51,349 nucleotides of DNA from Caecitellus pseudoparvulus (lineage: Eukaryota; Protista; Bigyra: Bicosoecida): positions 1-51,349 of the forward strand of contig CBFFRQ010000007.1 of NCBI GenBank assembly GCA_965644315.1, written 5' to 3'. The notes beneath the pieces were generated by a model. That model was given only the letters and a program-made list of their open reading frames with translations, ran no database searches and was not told where the DNA came from. A program made the position numbers and the translations under genes. Below are positions 10,087 to 21,700 of this stretch, in pieces (position 1 is the first letter of the stretch; each line of letters opens with the position of its first letter).

Positions 10087-10389
10087 GGCAGCAAATCATT
10101 CCAAGAGTATGCTCACAACTTACTGTGAATAGTTTAAAAGTAGAGTTTGATATCCATATCTGCACTGCTCGCCATGGTACACAAACCACTGCCAGCAAGT
10201 GGCAAATTCCGCATGCTAATAGGCTCGATAAACAACGCTCTGTTGCACACGACAGAGCGGCCGTTCAAGTCTAACATCCTCTGTTAGTGTCAAGGTGACA
10301 AAACATGCTGCCTGCAGCACTTTTCCGTGAACTTCAAAAAATGCATTCTCGTTTCACAGATTTTCTCGATTCAGAGGCCTCCGCTGGCC

Positions 10390-11726
10390 TCAATGAGACA
10401 CGGCCCTGTCTGGTGTCAGCAGGTGCGTCATGAACATGCAAGGCTGCCACCCTGCATCGCTTCCGACACCGCCGCTCCCCGCCTCTGAAGGCAGCATGGC
10501 GCAGTCAAACCCCGGCGTCACAGTCTGCAACATCACGCCCTCGAGGAACCCAATGTCTACGCGCGTCTTGTGCTGAGCTCTAAGGTGGGCCACAATCTGC
10601 GGGGACACGGGGTACCGCACCAGCACGCCACCAACCCTGCCTGCCTGGTCAAACACTGGCTTGCACCCCTCGCTCCACTCCAACGGGTCAAGTTCAAGCT
10701 TTGGTTCCTCTTCGGCGGGGGCTTCAGAGTCCTCAGCCATGAATCGCGCAACTGACCAGTTGCTGAAGGTGCCATTACGGAGACAATCCCCCAGCTCAAG
10801 CATCCACCCGAAGTTGTCTTTCAGCACTTTCAAGTGTGCTTCGTCAGCCACTCCAGTGTACGACGACGGCAAGGTATGCCGCCGAATCATCGCGGCCAGC
10901 TCCTGGCTCCGACCACTTGCCTTCAACATCCCACATCTGAGAGGAACGCCCACGTTCTCAACTGAGCTCTTGCCCGCCCATGCCACGAATGTGTCGATCT
11001 CCTTTTGCAAGGCTTGGGCCTTCTCATATGTGTCCAGCAGCCCAGAGGCAAGGACTTTCACAGGCGGGAAAGCTTTCACGCCTGCTGACTCCAAGAGTAA
11101 CCCGTCCTTCAGAAGACCAAACGCCAGGTCAAAATCTGTGCCGAGCAAGAACGCGAGCAGTTGGTACTTCTCGTCTTGATCTTCGTCCGATATCAAAGGT
11201 GTTCTGTATGCAGACAAGAAGCGCTCCATGACTCTACCCTGAAGCACGGTCCGTATTTCACGTGAGCGCGGTGGTTCCTGTGTACGGATACAACGCTACC
11301 GTACTGGCGTCAGTTTATAGCTCAGGCATGTTCGTCACCTACTGTCAGCATTGCTAATGAGCGCAAGGCAGCCTTTTCAGCATCTTTGTTTTGTGTGCGT
11401 TGGCTTAGGACCATTAGCCCGACCTCCAATCGGGCCTGTATGTTCGGAGTGGCTGATTCCCACCAGGGCATTCTGCAGAGTTCTTCAACTGCTGAGTCCA
11501 AGGGTTCAATCTCTTCAATTGCTCCTGCGGAAAAAGTTTGGACGCGCAGCGCAGTAGTGCTTGGGCTTGTGGTGGTTCTCTTTCTTGGCGGGAAGTCTTG
11601 CGTTTGCCAGCCCACGCCAAGCAGATTTGAACGTGCAGAGTTCGGCAGGCGGCCAAGAGTCGAGGCTGTGGGCAACATGGCCTTCGTTCCCATCCATGCA
11701 ATGCGTCTTGCTGAGGATGTGAGCAT
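10390..11726 (-). CDS. Hypothetical protein, possibly with a mitochondrial presequence
   Basis: Intron 11239-11342 (GTAGGT...TTCAG) joins the two ORFs in frame (AMLT/GRVMER). The N-terminus MLTSSARRIAW is Arg/Ser-rich and lacks acidic residues. Confidence 0.6.
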
Positions 11727-11892
11727 GCTGAGACAGGGTGCGGCTGCAGAAGGAGAGGGCTCAACTTGTGACTCCGAAACGCCGCCGCAATGCCCTGCTT
11801 GCGTTGGCACGAAAGCGCTCTATGCCGCAGGCTGTGAACGGCTGCAGTCATTGACGAGCTATATACATGACAGTTCTTTTGTGTTCATGTTG

Positions 11893-13040
11893 TTACCATT
11901 GGGCTGAGTGAATTGTGGGTTCTGTCAGAATTAGCTTCCCTATGGCAGTCAGCTGAGCAAAGCCGTGTCTTCTTCCCTGCCTCTCAAAGAGCCTCTTACC
12001 CGAGGCATTGCTGTTCCTGGTATGTTGCATACCATCCAACGTGCTGCTTTTGGGATCTAACCTCTTTCCATCAAACGCAACAAGCGCTGTATGCCGAGCG
12101 AAACCAGCATATGGCTTCTGTCCGCGCTTCATAGCACTTGGCGTTTCGCCTCAAATTCCGCAGGCGCACACCATGCTGAGCTTCGAAAGAGCAGAGCAAT
12201 TTGAACCCGAAATGCATTGCTACGAACCTGCGTCGAGAATGATGTGTGCACCTGTGTCTTGAAGGACGGAGCAGCCATTTGCCTCTCCATTCAAGCTGTA
12301 TCTCCAGCGCTGCTGTCGAGACCGCTACTTGGGTTTTGCATTGTCAAGAAGTGATGCACTCTGCAACCATCGCCAGAATTCCTGCTGCCAGGACATAGTT
12401 TCCACGCCACTCACCGGAAATTAGCGTACCTTGCTTCATTGTTCGGGCTATCATCAGCTCCACGGGTGATGACTCCAAACTTGTTCCAAGCCCGTTGAAG
12501 GACCCTCCCAGCCCCCAGCGCCCAGTGGGTGCTATTCCCTCGCACCATCGCAGGAATGGCGGAACACTCAACACCCTGATGCCTTCCAGGCGTCCACGGT
12601 AGCACCTGGCTCACTCAAGCCTTCGTCACCGCCAGAGCCATGGTGCAGGCCGGTGCGGGTACAGCCAGACAGCTGCTTGAGGGGGCTGCCCCATTCGGCG
12701 ACAAGCTCATCCAGCAGTGTACCAAGGACGAAGTAGCTCCTAAATCCTCCCCCTGAGGCCCCCTCGGACATGATCGTGCCTCCCAGCGCGGCCGCCTTGG
12801 CTGGCTCAGTGGGTTCAGAGCTGAGCATGCTTTTGGCGCCTTCTTCGAAACATGTGACTATGTGACTGCCTGAGACAACTGTCATGCTGCCCTACTTAGC
12901 GCTGATTCGGACTAGGCTTCGACTCCATCAAAGTGAACGGGTGCTGATGGCCGTCCCTCACAACCGTGCAGAGCTGGGCGCCGCGCTGCCGCTGCGGGGT
13001 GGGCAAGGCTCCGTGAAAGCTACGCTGAGCAAAGCTCATC
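11893..13040 (-). CDS. Possible multi-exon hypothetical gene (structure unresolved)
   Basis: Several short protein-like minus-strand ORFs separated by GT-AG-like segments. No family was recognised. Confidence 0.25.
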
Positions 13041-13199
13041 CTGCTTCCAGCCTTCAACCTCGCCCATACCATACACGTGCAAAGCGCAGCCTGCTCAACT
13101 GGAACAGGAGGCAGCAAGCCATGCCAAGCCTCTCTTGACAATCTGTTCCCAACAGCCAGGGAAGCACCCACACCAGTGTGGATTGCAGCCTCATGCAGA

Positions 13200-14339
13200 T
13201 TAAGACATTGCTCTGAGCAGCAGCACCATACTGCGTCCACGGCGTGTGCACGTGCCGTCCCAAACAGCGTCCTTCGCTGCCTGCGCCCCCATGTCACCTG
13301 ACTCACACCTCGCACCAAGCGGCACTGCCCGGTCTCCCACAAGCCCCAGCAACTCACGCATCACACCCTCATGACCTGCAGCACATGCAGCTCTGAAGGC
13401 GGCATCGCCACTCGCGTGCACGTCCACTGCTCGATCGCCAGTCAGGCTGAGCAGCTTGCGGACGACGCTGACGTGCCCGTTGCGGCATGCCCACCTGAAG
13501 GCAGCTTCGGTTCCGTGTCTGTCCTTGGCGTGCACATCCACAGTCCTCACCCCGGTCTGTACCAGCAAAGCCCACACGACAGGCAGATGACCATTGCGGC
13601 AGGCCCATCGGAAGGCAAAGTCAGGTCCCTCCCCATCCCCCGCGTGCACGTCCACGGTGCGCGAGCCTGTAAGCCTCAGCAACTCCCACACGACCGTCAG
13701 GTGTCCATTGTGACACGCCCAGCGGAAGCCCGCCTCAGGTCCACGCGCATCCCACGCGTGCACACACACTGCCTGGTCGTCAGTCAAGCTCAGCAGCTCG
13801 CGCACGACCTCTTCGTGGCCATTGTAGCACGCCAGTCGAAACGCTGCCTCGTGTCCGTCTGTGTCCCTGGCGTTGGCATTCACGGTCCGGCTTCCTGACA
13901 AGGCTAGGAGCTCTTGCACCACTTCATGGTGGCCCATGCAGCACGCAAGGCGGAAACCTGCTTCACTTCCACGCCCATCCCCCGCATGCACATCCACCTC
14001 CCGGCTTCCCGTCAACGCGAGCAGCTCCTGGACCACAGCAACGTGCCCGTGGTAGCATGCCGCTTTGAAACCGCCTTCAGCACACCCCATACGTTCTGCG
14101 TGCACGTTCACCGCTAGAGGCCCCTCAAGTGCGAGCAACGCCCGGAGCAATCGCACGTGCCCAACCTTGCAAGCCACGAGGAAGGCGTCGGTCGTGTCTG
14201 TGCCCATTAGGGCTCCATTCAAGGCCCCAATGCCGTCCAGCCCTCCCCCAAGCAATGTGATTATAGTATCAGTGTCCTCTGATGCGCAGGCTGCCTTCCA
14301 CCTGCTGGCTATGCTTCCCGCATCAACCGCACTGGCCAT
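13200..14339 (-). CDS. Ankyrin-repeat protein (8 repeats)
   Basis: Repeats of VDVHA-x-GFRxACxxGHxxVVRELLALTG; intronless. Confidence 0.9.
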   Translation of the reverse strand: MASAVDAGSIASRWKAACASEDTDTIITLLGGGLDGIGALNGALMGTDTTDAFLVACKVGHVRLLRALLALEGPLAVNVHAERMGCAEGGFKAACYHGHVAVVQELLALTGSREVDVHAGDGRGSEAGFRLACCMGHHEVVQELLALSGSRTVNANARDTDGHEAAFRLACYNGHEEVVRELLSLTDDQAVCVHAWDARGPEAGFRWACHNGHLTVVWELLRLTGSRTVDVHAGDGEGPDFAFRWACRNGHLPVVWALLVQTGVRTVDVHAKDRHGTEAAFRWACRNGHVSVVRKLLSLTGDRAVDVHASGDAAFRAACAAGHEGVMRELLGLVGDRAVPLGARCESGDMGAQAAKDAVWDGTCTRRGRSMVLLLRAMS

Positions 14340-14573
14340 CCTGTCGATTGTGAATTCCGCACGTTTCGCCGAGCGCTTGCCCGTGCATCACGACCCTCAG
14401 TCCTTCCCCATACAAGCCTGGGACCTTCCGATGACCACATGGATCCCAGTTCTGTATCGTTCACTTTGAATTGACAAGGCATTCTTTTCCCCAAGCCCCA
14501 TCCTGCAGGCTGCGTGCTTGCACCAATAAATCAGTCCTGTGCTTGCAAAGCCTTTGTCTGACGTCTCTCGCCC

Positions 14574-15773
14574 TCAGCAACCACGCCACGCAGCCTTCAG
14601 CATCACCATGACCCCTCTGCCTTGGCGCGTGCACGTCCCGCACCATGCCGCATCTCGGCCTGGCTGCAGGGCAGGCTCCCCCGCCTCCACTCTGGCCGCC
14701 AGAGGCACAGCCCGGGCGCCTGTGAGGCCCAGCAGCTCACGCACCACACCAGCATGGCCTGCAGAGCACGCAACTCTAAATCCATCGTCGTCCAAAGCAT
14801 GGACATCCACTGCCTGATTTCCAGTCAGGCTCAGCAGGTGCTGCACGACGCCAACGTGTCCTTCCTTGCAGGCACCCCGAAAGCCGGCTTCCTCCCCCGC
14901 ATGGACGTCCACTGCTCGATCCCCTTGCAAGGCCAGCAACGTGCACACCACATCCAAGTGCCCGTTGGTGCACGCCCAGCGAAGCCCTTCTTCCCCAGCG
15001 GCGTGCATGTCCACAGCCAGAGCCCCAGACAGTGCCAGCAGCTGCCGCACCACACCCAAGTGGCCGTACCTGCACGCCCCTCGAAAACCAGCTTCGGTGC
15101 CTTCCCAGTCTGGTGCATGCACATCCACCGCACGATCTCCTGTCAGCGCCAGCAGTTCACGCACCACTTCCTCCTGCCCATGGTGACACGCCATGCGAAA
15201 CCCCGACTCGGGCCCATACTCGTCCCCCACATGCACGTCCACAGCCAAAGACCCTTCCAACAAGAGCATCTCACGAACAACATCCACATGGCCGTATCTG
15301 CAGGCCCAGCGGAAGCCGGCAAAGGGCCCCTTCCAGTCCGCTGCGCTCACGTCGGGTGCCCGATCACCCGTCAATGCGAGGAGTTCCCGCACCACAGCAG
15401 TGTGCCCAGCGGTGCATGCATCCCGAAAGCCTGCTTCAGCACCAGCCCAATTCTTGGCGTGTACATCTACAGCGCTGCTGCCCTGCAGCGCAAGCAGGCC
15501 TCGCACAAGGTCCACATGCCCAACTTCGCAAGCCACGAGGAAGGCTGCTGATGAATCCTTGCATGACAGGTCTTGGGCTGCGAAGCCTGTGCCCTCAGCA
15601 TCACCACAGAGCAAACCATACAGTGCTTCGACGTCCTTCGCCTTGCACGCATTCTGCCACTGCTTTACTGCGATCGTCGGAATGCGCTCGGCTGCCATGG
15701 TGGAGCAGTTTCCGCACGAATCAACTGTGGATGCATTCCAGGCTGTGCCGAGCCAAGATACCAGTGCGGCCAT
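14574..15773 (-). CDS. Ankyrin-repeat protein (8 repeats), tandem paralog of the previous gene
   Basis: Same repeat consensus and shared caps (WxxAC...AFLVAC at the N-terminus; AVPLxARxExG...DAxWxGTCTRxGR at the C-terminus). Confidence 0.9.
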   Translation of the reverse strand: MAALVSWLGTAWNASTVDSCGNCSTMAAERIPTIAVKQWQNACKAKDVEALYGLLCGDAEGTGFAAQDLSCKDSSAAFLVACEVGHVDLVRGLLALQGSSAVDVHAKNWAGAEAGFRDACTAGHTAVVRELLALTGDRAPDVSAADWKGPFAGFRWACRYGHVDVVREMLLLEGSLAVDVHVGDEYGPESGFRMACHHGQEEVVRELLALTGDRAVDVHAPDWEGTEAGFRGACRYGHLGVVRQLLALSGALAVDMHAAGEEGLRWACTNGHLDVVCTLLALQGDRAVDVHAGEEAGFRGACKEGHVGVVQHLLSLTGNQAVDVHALDDDGFRVACSAGHAGVVRELLGLTGARAVPLAARVEAGEPALQPGRDAAWCGTCTRQGRGVMVMLKAAWRGC

Positions 15774-15966
15774 GGATTGTGTGGTATTTTCTTCGTGTTA
15801 TGCATCATTGTCATGATCTGCCCACAAGCTGTCTTCCCTAGGGGCGCGGGGGGGGAGGCTGCTAGGCACTGATACTCTGGGTCTGGCTTTCTGCTGCAAT
15901 GGTGCTGGAAACTGAAACCCTCGGGCAGCAGCGGCCCCAGACGCGCCAACCCCGCCTGCCAGTGAA

Positions 15967-17078
15967 TCAAGCCGCCCTCACGTTGATGGTGCCACAATCT
16001 GGCCCGGCGTACCCGCGAAAGCACTCACACGTGCCACTGGTGTGGTCGCACGTGCCCCTGTTGGAGCAGTCGACATGGCACGCGTTGCCCTCTGCGCCAA
16101 ACAGCACGCCGAGTTGGGACTTCAACGTGGCTGCATCAGGCACCCCAGGTGGCAGTTCGCAGTTCGCGTCGGTCTCGGCCGCTGGGTCGTGGTGACATGG
16201 GCTGCCGACTCTGCTCTTCTGCCGGTTCGTGGCGGTGTCGGCATAGACCGCACCATGCCACTGGGCCCCATTCTGCGATTTGTATGCGCAGTGTGTCTCT
16301 ACGCTCGCGCTTGCAACGTTGGATACAGTGCTGGGGTCGTCCGAGGACGGGCATCGGCCTGCGAAGGGAGGCGGGTGCCGAGCAGTGTGGCACCATGAGC
16401 AAGAGCAGGCCTGCAACACGCGCAGACCACCTACGCAGACTGCAGTCGACCCCGAACCAGGAAGTTGCCTGCACGTCTGATGGCCCGAAGCCCAAACTCC
16501 AGGCGCTGTCACACACGCAGCCATGTACCTTCGTCGCATCCCAGCGACTGCTGACTGCAGCAGAGTACTCCCCTCCTGGCCCGAGGGGCAGCGCATGGCC
16601 TTCAATAGCGGCTTGTTTCATTGACAGGCAGCGCCCATGCCCAGAGCAGGCATTGGGGCATGCGGAGCGCTGGCAGGCGGCGCCAGTGTACCCCGCGAAA
16701 CAACGGCATTGGCCAGTGACCCGGTTGCACAGCCCCTTGCCCGAGCACTCTGCTTGCGGCCGGGAAAAGGTTGTTCCTGTTGGAAGCGGTGCCCAGGCAG
16801 TGCCAGTGGGGCACGCTCCTGTGCAAAGGCGGCATGCGTGCGTTTCACTCCTGCGTTTCTCTGCCCCCGCACAGACTTGCAAACGCACGTTGCGAGCAAT
16901 CAGGCGCTTTTTCCAGGGCAATGTCGTTGGCACTGCCCCATCCATCTTCACAGGCACACGTTTGCGTGTCTGTGTTGCAGGTGCCGTGTCCGCTGCAGTT
17001 GTTGAGGTGTGAGCAGGCACTGGAGGCCGCTGCGGCAGCTGCCGCACAGGCCACGAAAGCAACGGCCAGGCCGCGCAT
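15967..17078 (-). CDS. Tubular mastigoneme shaft protein (Sig/Mas/Ocm1-like EGF-repeat protein)
   Basis: Signal peptide, then NNCSGHGTC, APDCSQRACPTGTAW, AECSGKGLCNRVTGQCRCF, WDATKVHGCVCD, DCSLRRCPSSDDP and DCSNRGTCD. Introns at 16819-16888 and 16359-16434 splice in frame. Confidence 0.85.
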
Positions 17079-17161
17079 GGTGTGACCTTGGAAGCAATAC
17101 ATGAGGAGCCAAGTGGCCCGAGTCGCAAGGCAAGCACGTCCTGTGTGTTGCATTGTGGCGC

Positions 17162-18295
17162 TCACATCGTTGTGGCAAAGTGGTTCTCGTCGATGGTTGA
17201 GTACAGCAGCCCCTGCATGGCCAAGCTGTCCACCACCGTTCGCAGCGCTTGCTCAGTCATGCTGGTGCCGTTGGCCTGCAGGTGCTCGGCCACAGCACTT
17301 ACACTGGCCCCTTCATCACTGGAAGCACCCAGCGCCTGGAACGCCAGCAGCACCTGCTGCTCCTGCCCCGCACCAGCTGCCGCAGGCTGCACAGCTGCCG
17401 ACCCGGCGGTGAAACTGGGGGCTGCAGTGGGGTTAAACGCTGCGGGGCCGGCGCTAGCAGTGCCGCTAGTGGCGCCGGGTGTGATAAGGGGTCCCTTTGT
17501 GGCCAGCAAGTGTGCGTAGATGGCTGACAGCTGGTGGTGTGTCACTTCGTTCGTGTTGGCCACGGGCGCGATGTGGTGGCTGACGAGTGCGAGGTTGGAG
17601 CCCAGGGCCTTGACGGTGCCGACCACAGCGACGTACACACCCTCCCTGCGCAAAGACAAAATGGCAGTGCATGGCACAGCGGGATCGGGCGCTCCTGCAA
17701 GCCGCCGTCACGCACTTGAGTTTCTCCTTGGTCTGCGCCCAGGCAAGGTCATCGCCCGTCTGCCACACCTTGATGCTGCACTGCCCCGTACCGTCTTCCA
17801 GCTTCAGCTGCACATGTGTGGTGTTCTCAGATGCCTCGGCAATGACAGCGACGATCTTAAAGTGCTGCGGAGGCGCCGGATGGAGAGGGGGGAGCGTGGC
17901 AGCAGGCATGGCCGCGTGAAACGCCAGTGGCACGCACATGGCAATCCCGGCCGTCAATCTGGAAGGGGGACTCCTTGTTCGTCGTGTCGGGGTTGGCTGC
18001 CTCCATTGCAGACTGCAGCTGCTTGATGGTTGCTGGGATGATGTTGCGTTGCTCCCGCAAGTTCTGCGTGGGGGGTGCTTGAGCAAGTGCTGGGCTGGGA
18101 CGCCAAGCGCATTTGAAGCGGCGCCTCTCACGCGAGATGCTGGCGAGCGCATGGCACCGCCGTCGCCGCCGCCGCCATCGGCCATGAACCCGCCGCCACC
18201 CTGACTGAAGCCTGTGAGCAGAGCATGGCGCCGCGCTTCAGCGCATTGCGCGCGGGCTTCCACTCAGCAGGCCACGCACCGCCTCCAAAGCTCAT
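17162..18295 (-). CDS. RPA2: Replication protein A 32 kDa subunit
   Basis: Gly-rich N-terminus, IIPATIKQL, OB fold (LEDGTG...YVAVVG, NEVTHHQLSAIYAHL) and a winged-helix C-terminus GLLYSTIDENHF. Multiple short introns. Confidence 0.93.
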
Positions 18296-18720
18296 GCTGG
18301 GCAAGGTTGCGGAAATAGAAACAAAAAGTAGACTGTAGCTGTTGACGGCACTGCAGGAGCGGTGACCTGTTGCGCAAGTGACAAAATGTTGCGATTAAGC
18401 TTCGGGCAACGTTTTCCAGCTATTCGTGTTTTGGCGGGGTGAAGAACGGCGTCGTCGTCGTCTATTGTGTCCTGCGGTGCTGCAGCTGGCACAATCCAGC
18501 AGCTTGCGGCAGCAAGTACACAGCATCAATTTCTAAACAAGCTATTACCCGCGGGGAGCCTGCACGAATTCGGCTCTCTTTCTGCGGGCGCCACTCCCCT
18601 TGCGCCTGCCTGCTTGGGCAGCACACCCACTCGGTTCGGTGCAGGTGGCAGGCAACCAGGGCTCACCGACACTGTGGCACTGGTGTGGCTCTGGTCTTCT
18701 GAGCTTCAGAGTGGACCGCG

Positions 18721-21700
18721 ATGCAGGCTCTGCTTACTAAGGCTCTGAACCGCATTCGCGATGGCGCCAGTAGGCGGGACACTGAACTGAAAGATGCCTG
18801 CACCAGTGCTCTCAGTGCGTGACGGGATCAGGTGGCTGCCTGCCCTGCCACGCGCACTGGCTGAGCCTTGCCAGCTCTATAAAGATAGAGCTGCAATGCT
18901 GTGCACTGAAACTGCACAACCTGCCCCCCCTTGCCCCCTGCGCAGGCTCCCTGTCTCAACTCCCTGCAGAAGGGGACAGGTACGTTGGCCGGCGTGTTGC
19001 CGCCAATTCCGCGCCGAGGCTGGACATGTCCCGACCGCCATACCGTGCCCTCTGCACAGCCCCGCGCAAGCTGACGAGTTCCTGCACCCCATTCACTTGG
19101 CACTGGCTCGAGAAGGCAACAGCACCGTGCGCATTGCTGCGCTGGACGTCGTGCAGAAGCTGCTGGCTCACGGGCACCTGCACGGGCAGAGCATCGTCCA
19201 AGTGGCAGCGGGGGAGGGAGCTGTATCAGAGGAGCCACTCATCAACAGCGTCGTTGACAGCCTGTGCCTGTGCAGGGGTGACTCCAGCGACCCTGTGCAG
19301 CTGCAGCTCATCAAGGCTCTGCTCACATGCACCACGTCCACCACCTGTGCGGTGCATGGGCGAGCTCTGGTGCAGGCAGTGTCCACAGTGGTGCACGTGT
19401 TCCTGGTCACGAAGAACGGGGTGAACCGCACGACGGCCAAGGCCTCTCTGAAGCAAATGATCAACTTCGTCTTCCAGCGCATGGAGCAGGCACGTGCTGC
19501 GGAGGAGGCAGGCGCTGCCGGCACCTCCGCTGCTCCCTCGGAAGCCGCCTCGGATGCCGCCCCAGTACCTGCCTCGGCAGCGGGCACTGCAGATGCGCTG
19601 TTCGAGTCTGACGCAGTGACGCTCTTTCGGGCCCTCTGCCGCATGTGCAGCAAGGAAGAAGGCGCCAGCGCCCTGGGCGGTGAGGACGGCGTGAGCTTGA
19701 CTGCCAACACCCACGTGCAAGCCCCCAGCGCCCTGGCCTCACTTTTCACCGGCACCAAGACGCCTGCAGCGGGAGAGGATGACGCAGTCACACTGGCCTC
19801 GCGCCTGCTAGCGCTGGAGATGCTGTTCGGCATCCTGGAACGCGCGGGACCCGCCTTCCGCGGCGGCCTGCAGTTCCTGCAGGTGATCCAGGGCCAGCTG
19901 TGTGTAGCGCTGCTGCGCAACGCACTGCACAGTGTCTCCACAGTGGCGTCTCTGTCCCTGCGCATCTTCCTGGTGCTCCTGCGGTCCTTCAGCACGCAGC
20001 TGCTGCCCGAGATCGAGACCTTCATCACGAGGGTTCTCCTGCGCGTGTTGGATTCCCCCAGCACGGGCGCTGAGGTGAAGCTGCTGGTGCTGTCCGTGTT
20101 CCGGTCCATCGGCGCAGACGCCCGTGCCACCATGGAGCTGTTCTTGAACTACGACTGCGTGGAGGGGCGCTCCCGGGTGTTCGAGGCCATGACCCGGGCC
20201 CTGTCCTCCATCGCGCAGGGCCGCGCCAGTGACTCCTTCAACTCTACCCAGAAAACCGCCGCGGAAGCGTCAGCTGCCCGCAACGTCGCGCTGGACGCGC
20301 TCAGCAGTATGCTGGGCAGCGTCGTGGCGTACGCTGACGAAGCAGCAGCAGCCTCGGGCCTGCTGGCAGTCACCGCCTCTGACGGTGAGGAGGAGGACGA
20401 CGGTGCCACTGCGCCTGACGCAGATGCAACACAAGGGGGCGAGTCCAGCCTGCCAGCTGCCGAGGAGGGGGAGGATGGGGAAGAGGACGAGGAGGACGCC
20501 GCGGCCCCCGCGTCAGGCCTGGCCACAGACTACGGCAAGTTGAAGCGGCGGCGAGCGCTGTTGGAGCGGGCCGCGCTGAAGTTCAAGTTGAAGCCCAAAC
20601 GTGGCATCGCGTGGATGGTGGAGGTGGGCCTCATCGCAGACGACACTCCCGCCTCCATCGCCGCTGCCCTGTACGAGTTCCGGGACAGCCTGGACAAGAC
20701 TGCCATCGGCGTGTACCTGGGCGGGGACAAGCCCGTGCACTTGGAGGTGCTGGAAGCGTACGCGGCACAGATGCAGCTGCAGGGCATGAGCTTCGACGGC
20801 GCCATTCGGCACTACCTCACTGGCTTCCGCATCCCCGGCGAGGCGCAGAAGATCGACCGCATCATGGAGCGCTTCGCAGAGGTGTACTACCAGCAGAACC
20901 CCGGCATCTTCCCCAACGCAGACACGGCCTTCGTCCTGGCGTACTCTGTCATCATGCTCAACACCAGCCTGCACAACCCCAGCATCAAGCTGGAGCGGCG
21001 CATGACGCCGGGCGGCTTCATCAACCAGAACCGCGGCATCGCTGACGGGCAGGACCTGCCTGAGGAGTTCCTCGTCGGCATCTACAACAGCATCAAGAGC
21101 GAACCCATCTCCCTGCGGGAAGACCAGGCCCTGCGTGCGCGCATGGCGGCGCGAGACGGCAGTGCCAAGGTGCGCAAGGATGCGGGTGCGGCAGAGCGCG
21201 AGGCCATCCTGAAGGACGGCACGCAGGCCATGCAACGGGGCAGTGCGACGGCGTCGGGGGAGCCAGGCGGCTACCGCAGCGCAGAGGGCGTGGCGCTGGA
21301 CACGGTGCGGGCAGTGTTCGACGTCCTGTGGGGCTCCCTCCTCGCCGTCTTCTCCATCAACCTAGAGACGTCCAGCGATGCCACCCTGGTGCAGGCGTGC
21401 CTGGAGGGCTTTGCCAGCGCAGTGCACGTGGCTGGGCTGACAGGCATGACGACGGAGCGCGACGCGCTGGTCATGTCCCTGGCCAAGTTCACGCTGCTGG
21501 ACCAGCCGGGCCGGGAGATGCGCAGCAAGCACGTGGCAGCGGTGAAGACCATCATGCAGCTGGCCATCCAGGACGGCCGCTTCCTGGGCGACGCCTGGTG
21601 GCCCGTCCTCACCTGCGTCTCCCAGGTCGGCCGCCTGCACAACTTGGCAGCCGGGGGCATGGCGGACTCAGCCTTCTTCCCGGGGCAGGCGCAGCATGCG

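Larger units (their letters stand above)
5419..10380. mobile_element. PIF/Harbinger DNA transposon (left end defined, right end approximate)
   Basis: TTA at 5416-5418 is followed by GGAGGGGTTCGTTT, resembling PIF/Tourist TIRs (GGnnnnGTTYGTTT). Contains a DDE_Tnp_4-type transposase and a convergent second gene. No clean right TIR was found. Confidence 0.8.

Noticed and set aside
10236-10275. Helitron 3' end (hairpin CGCTCTGT/ACAGAGCG 11 nt before CTAA)
   Set aside because: CTAA is followed by C rather than the target T, and no Rep/helicase sequence is nearby.
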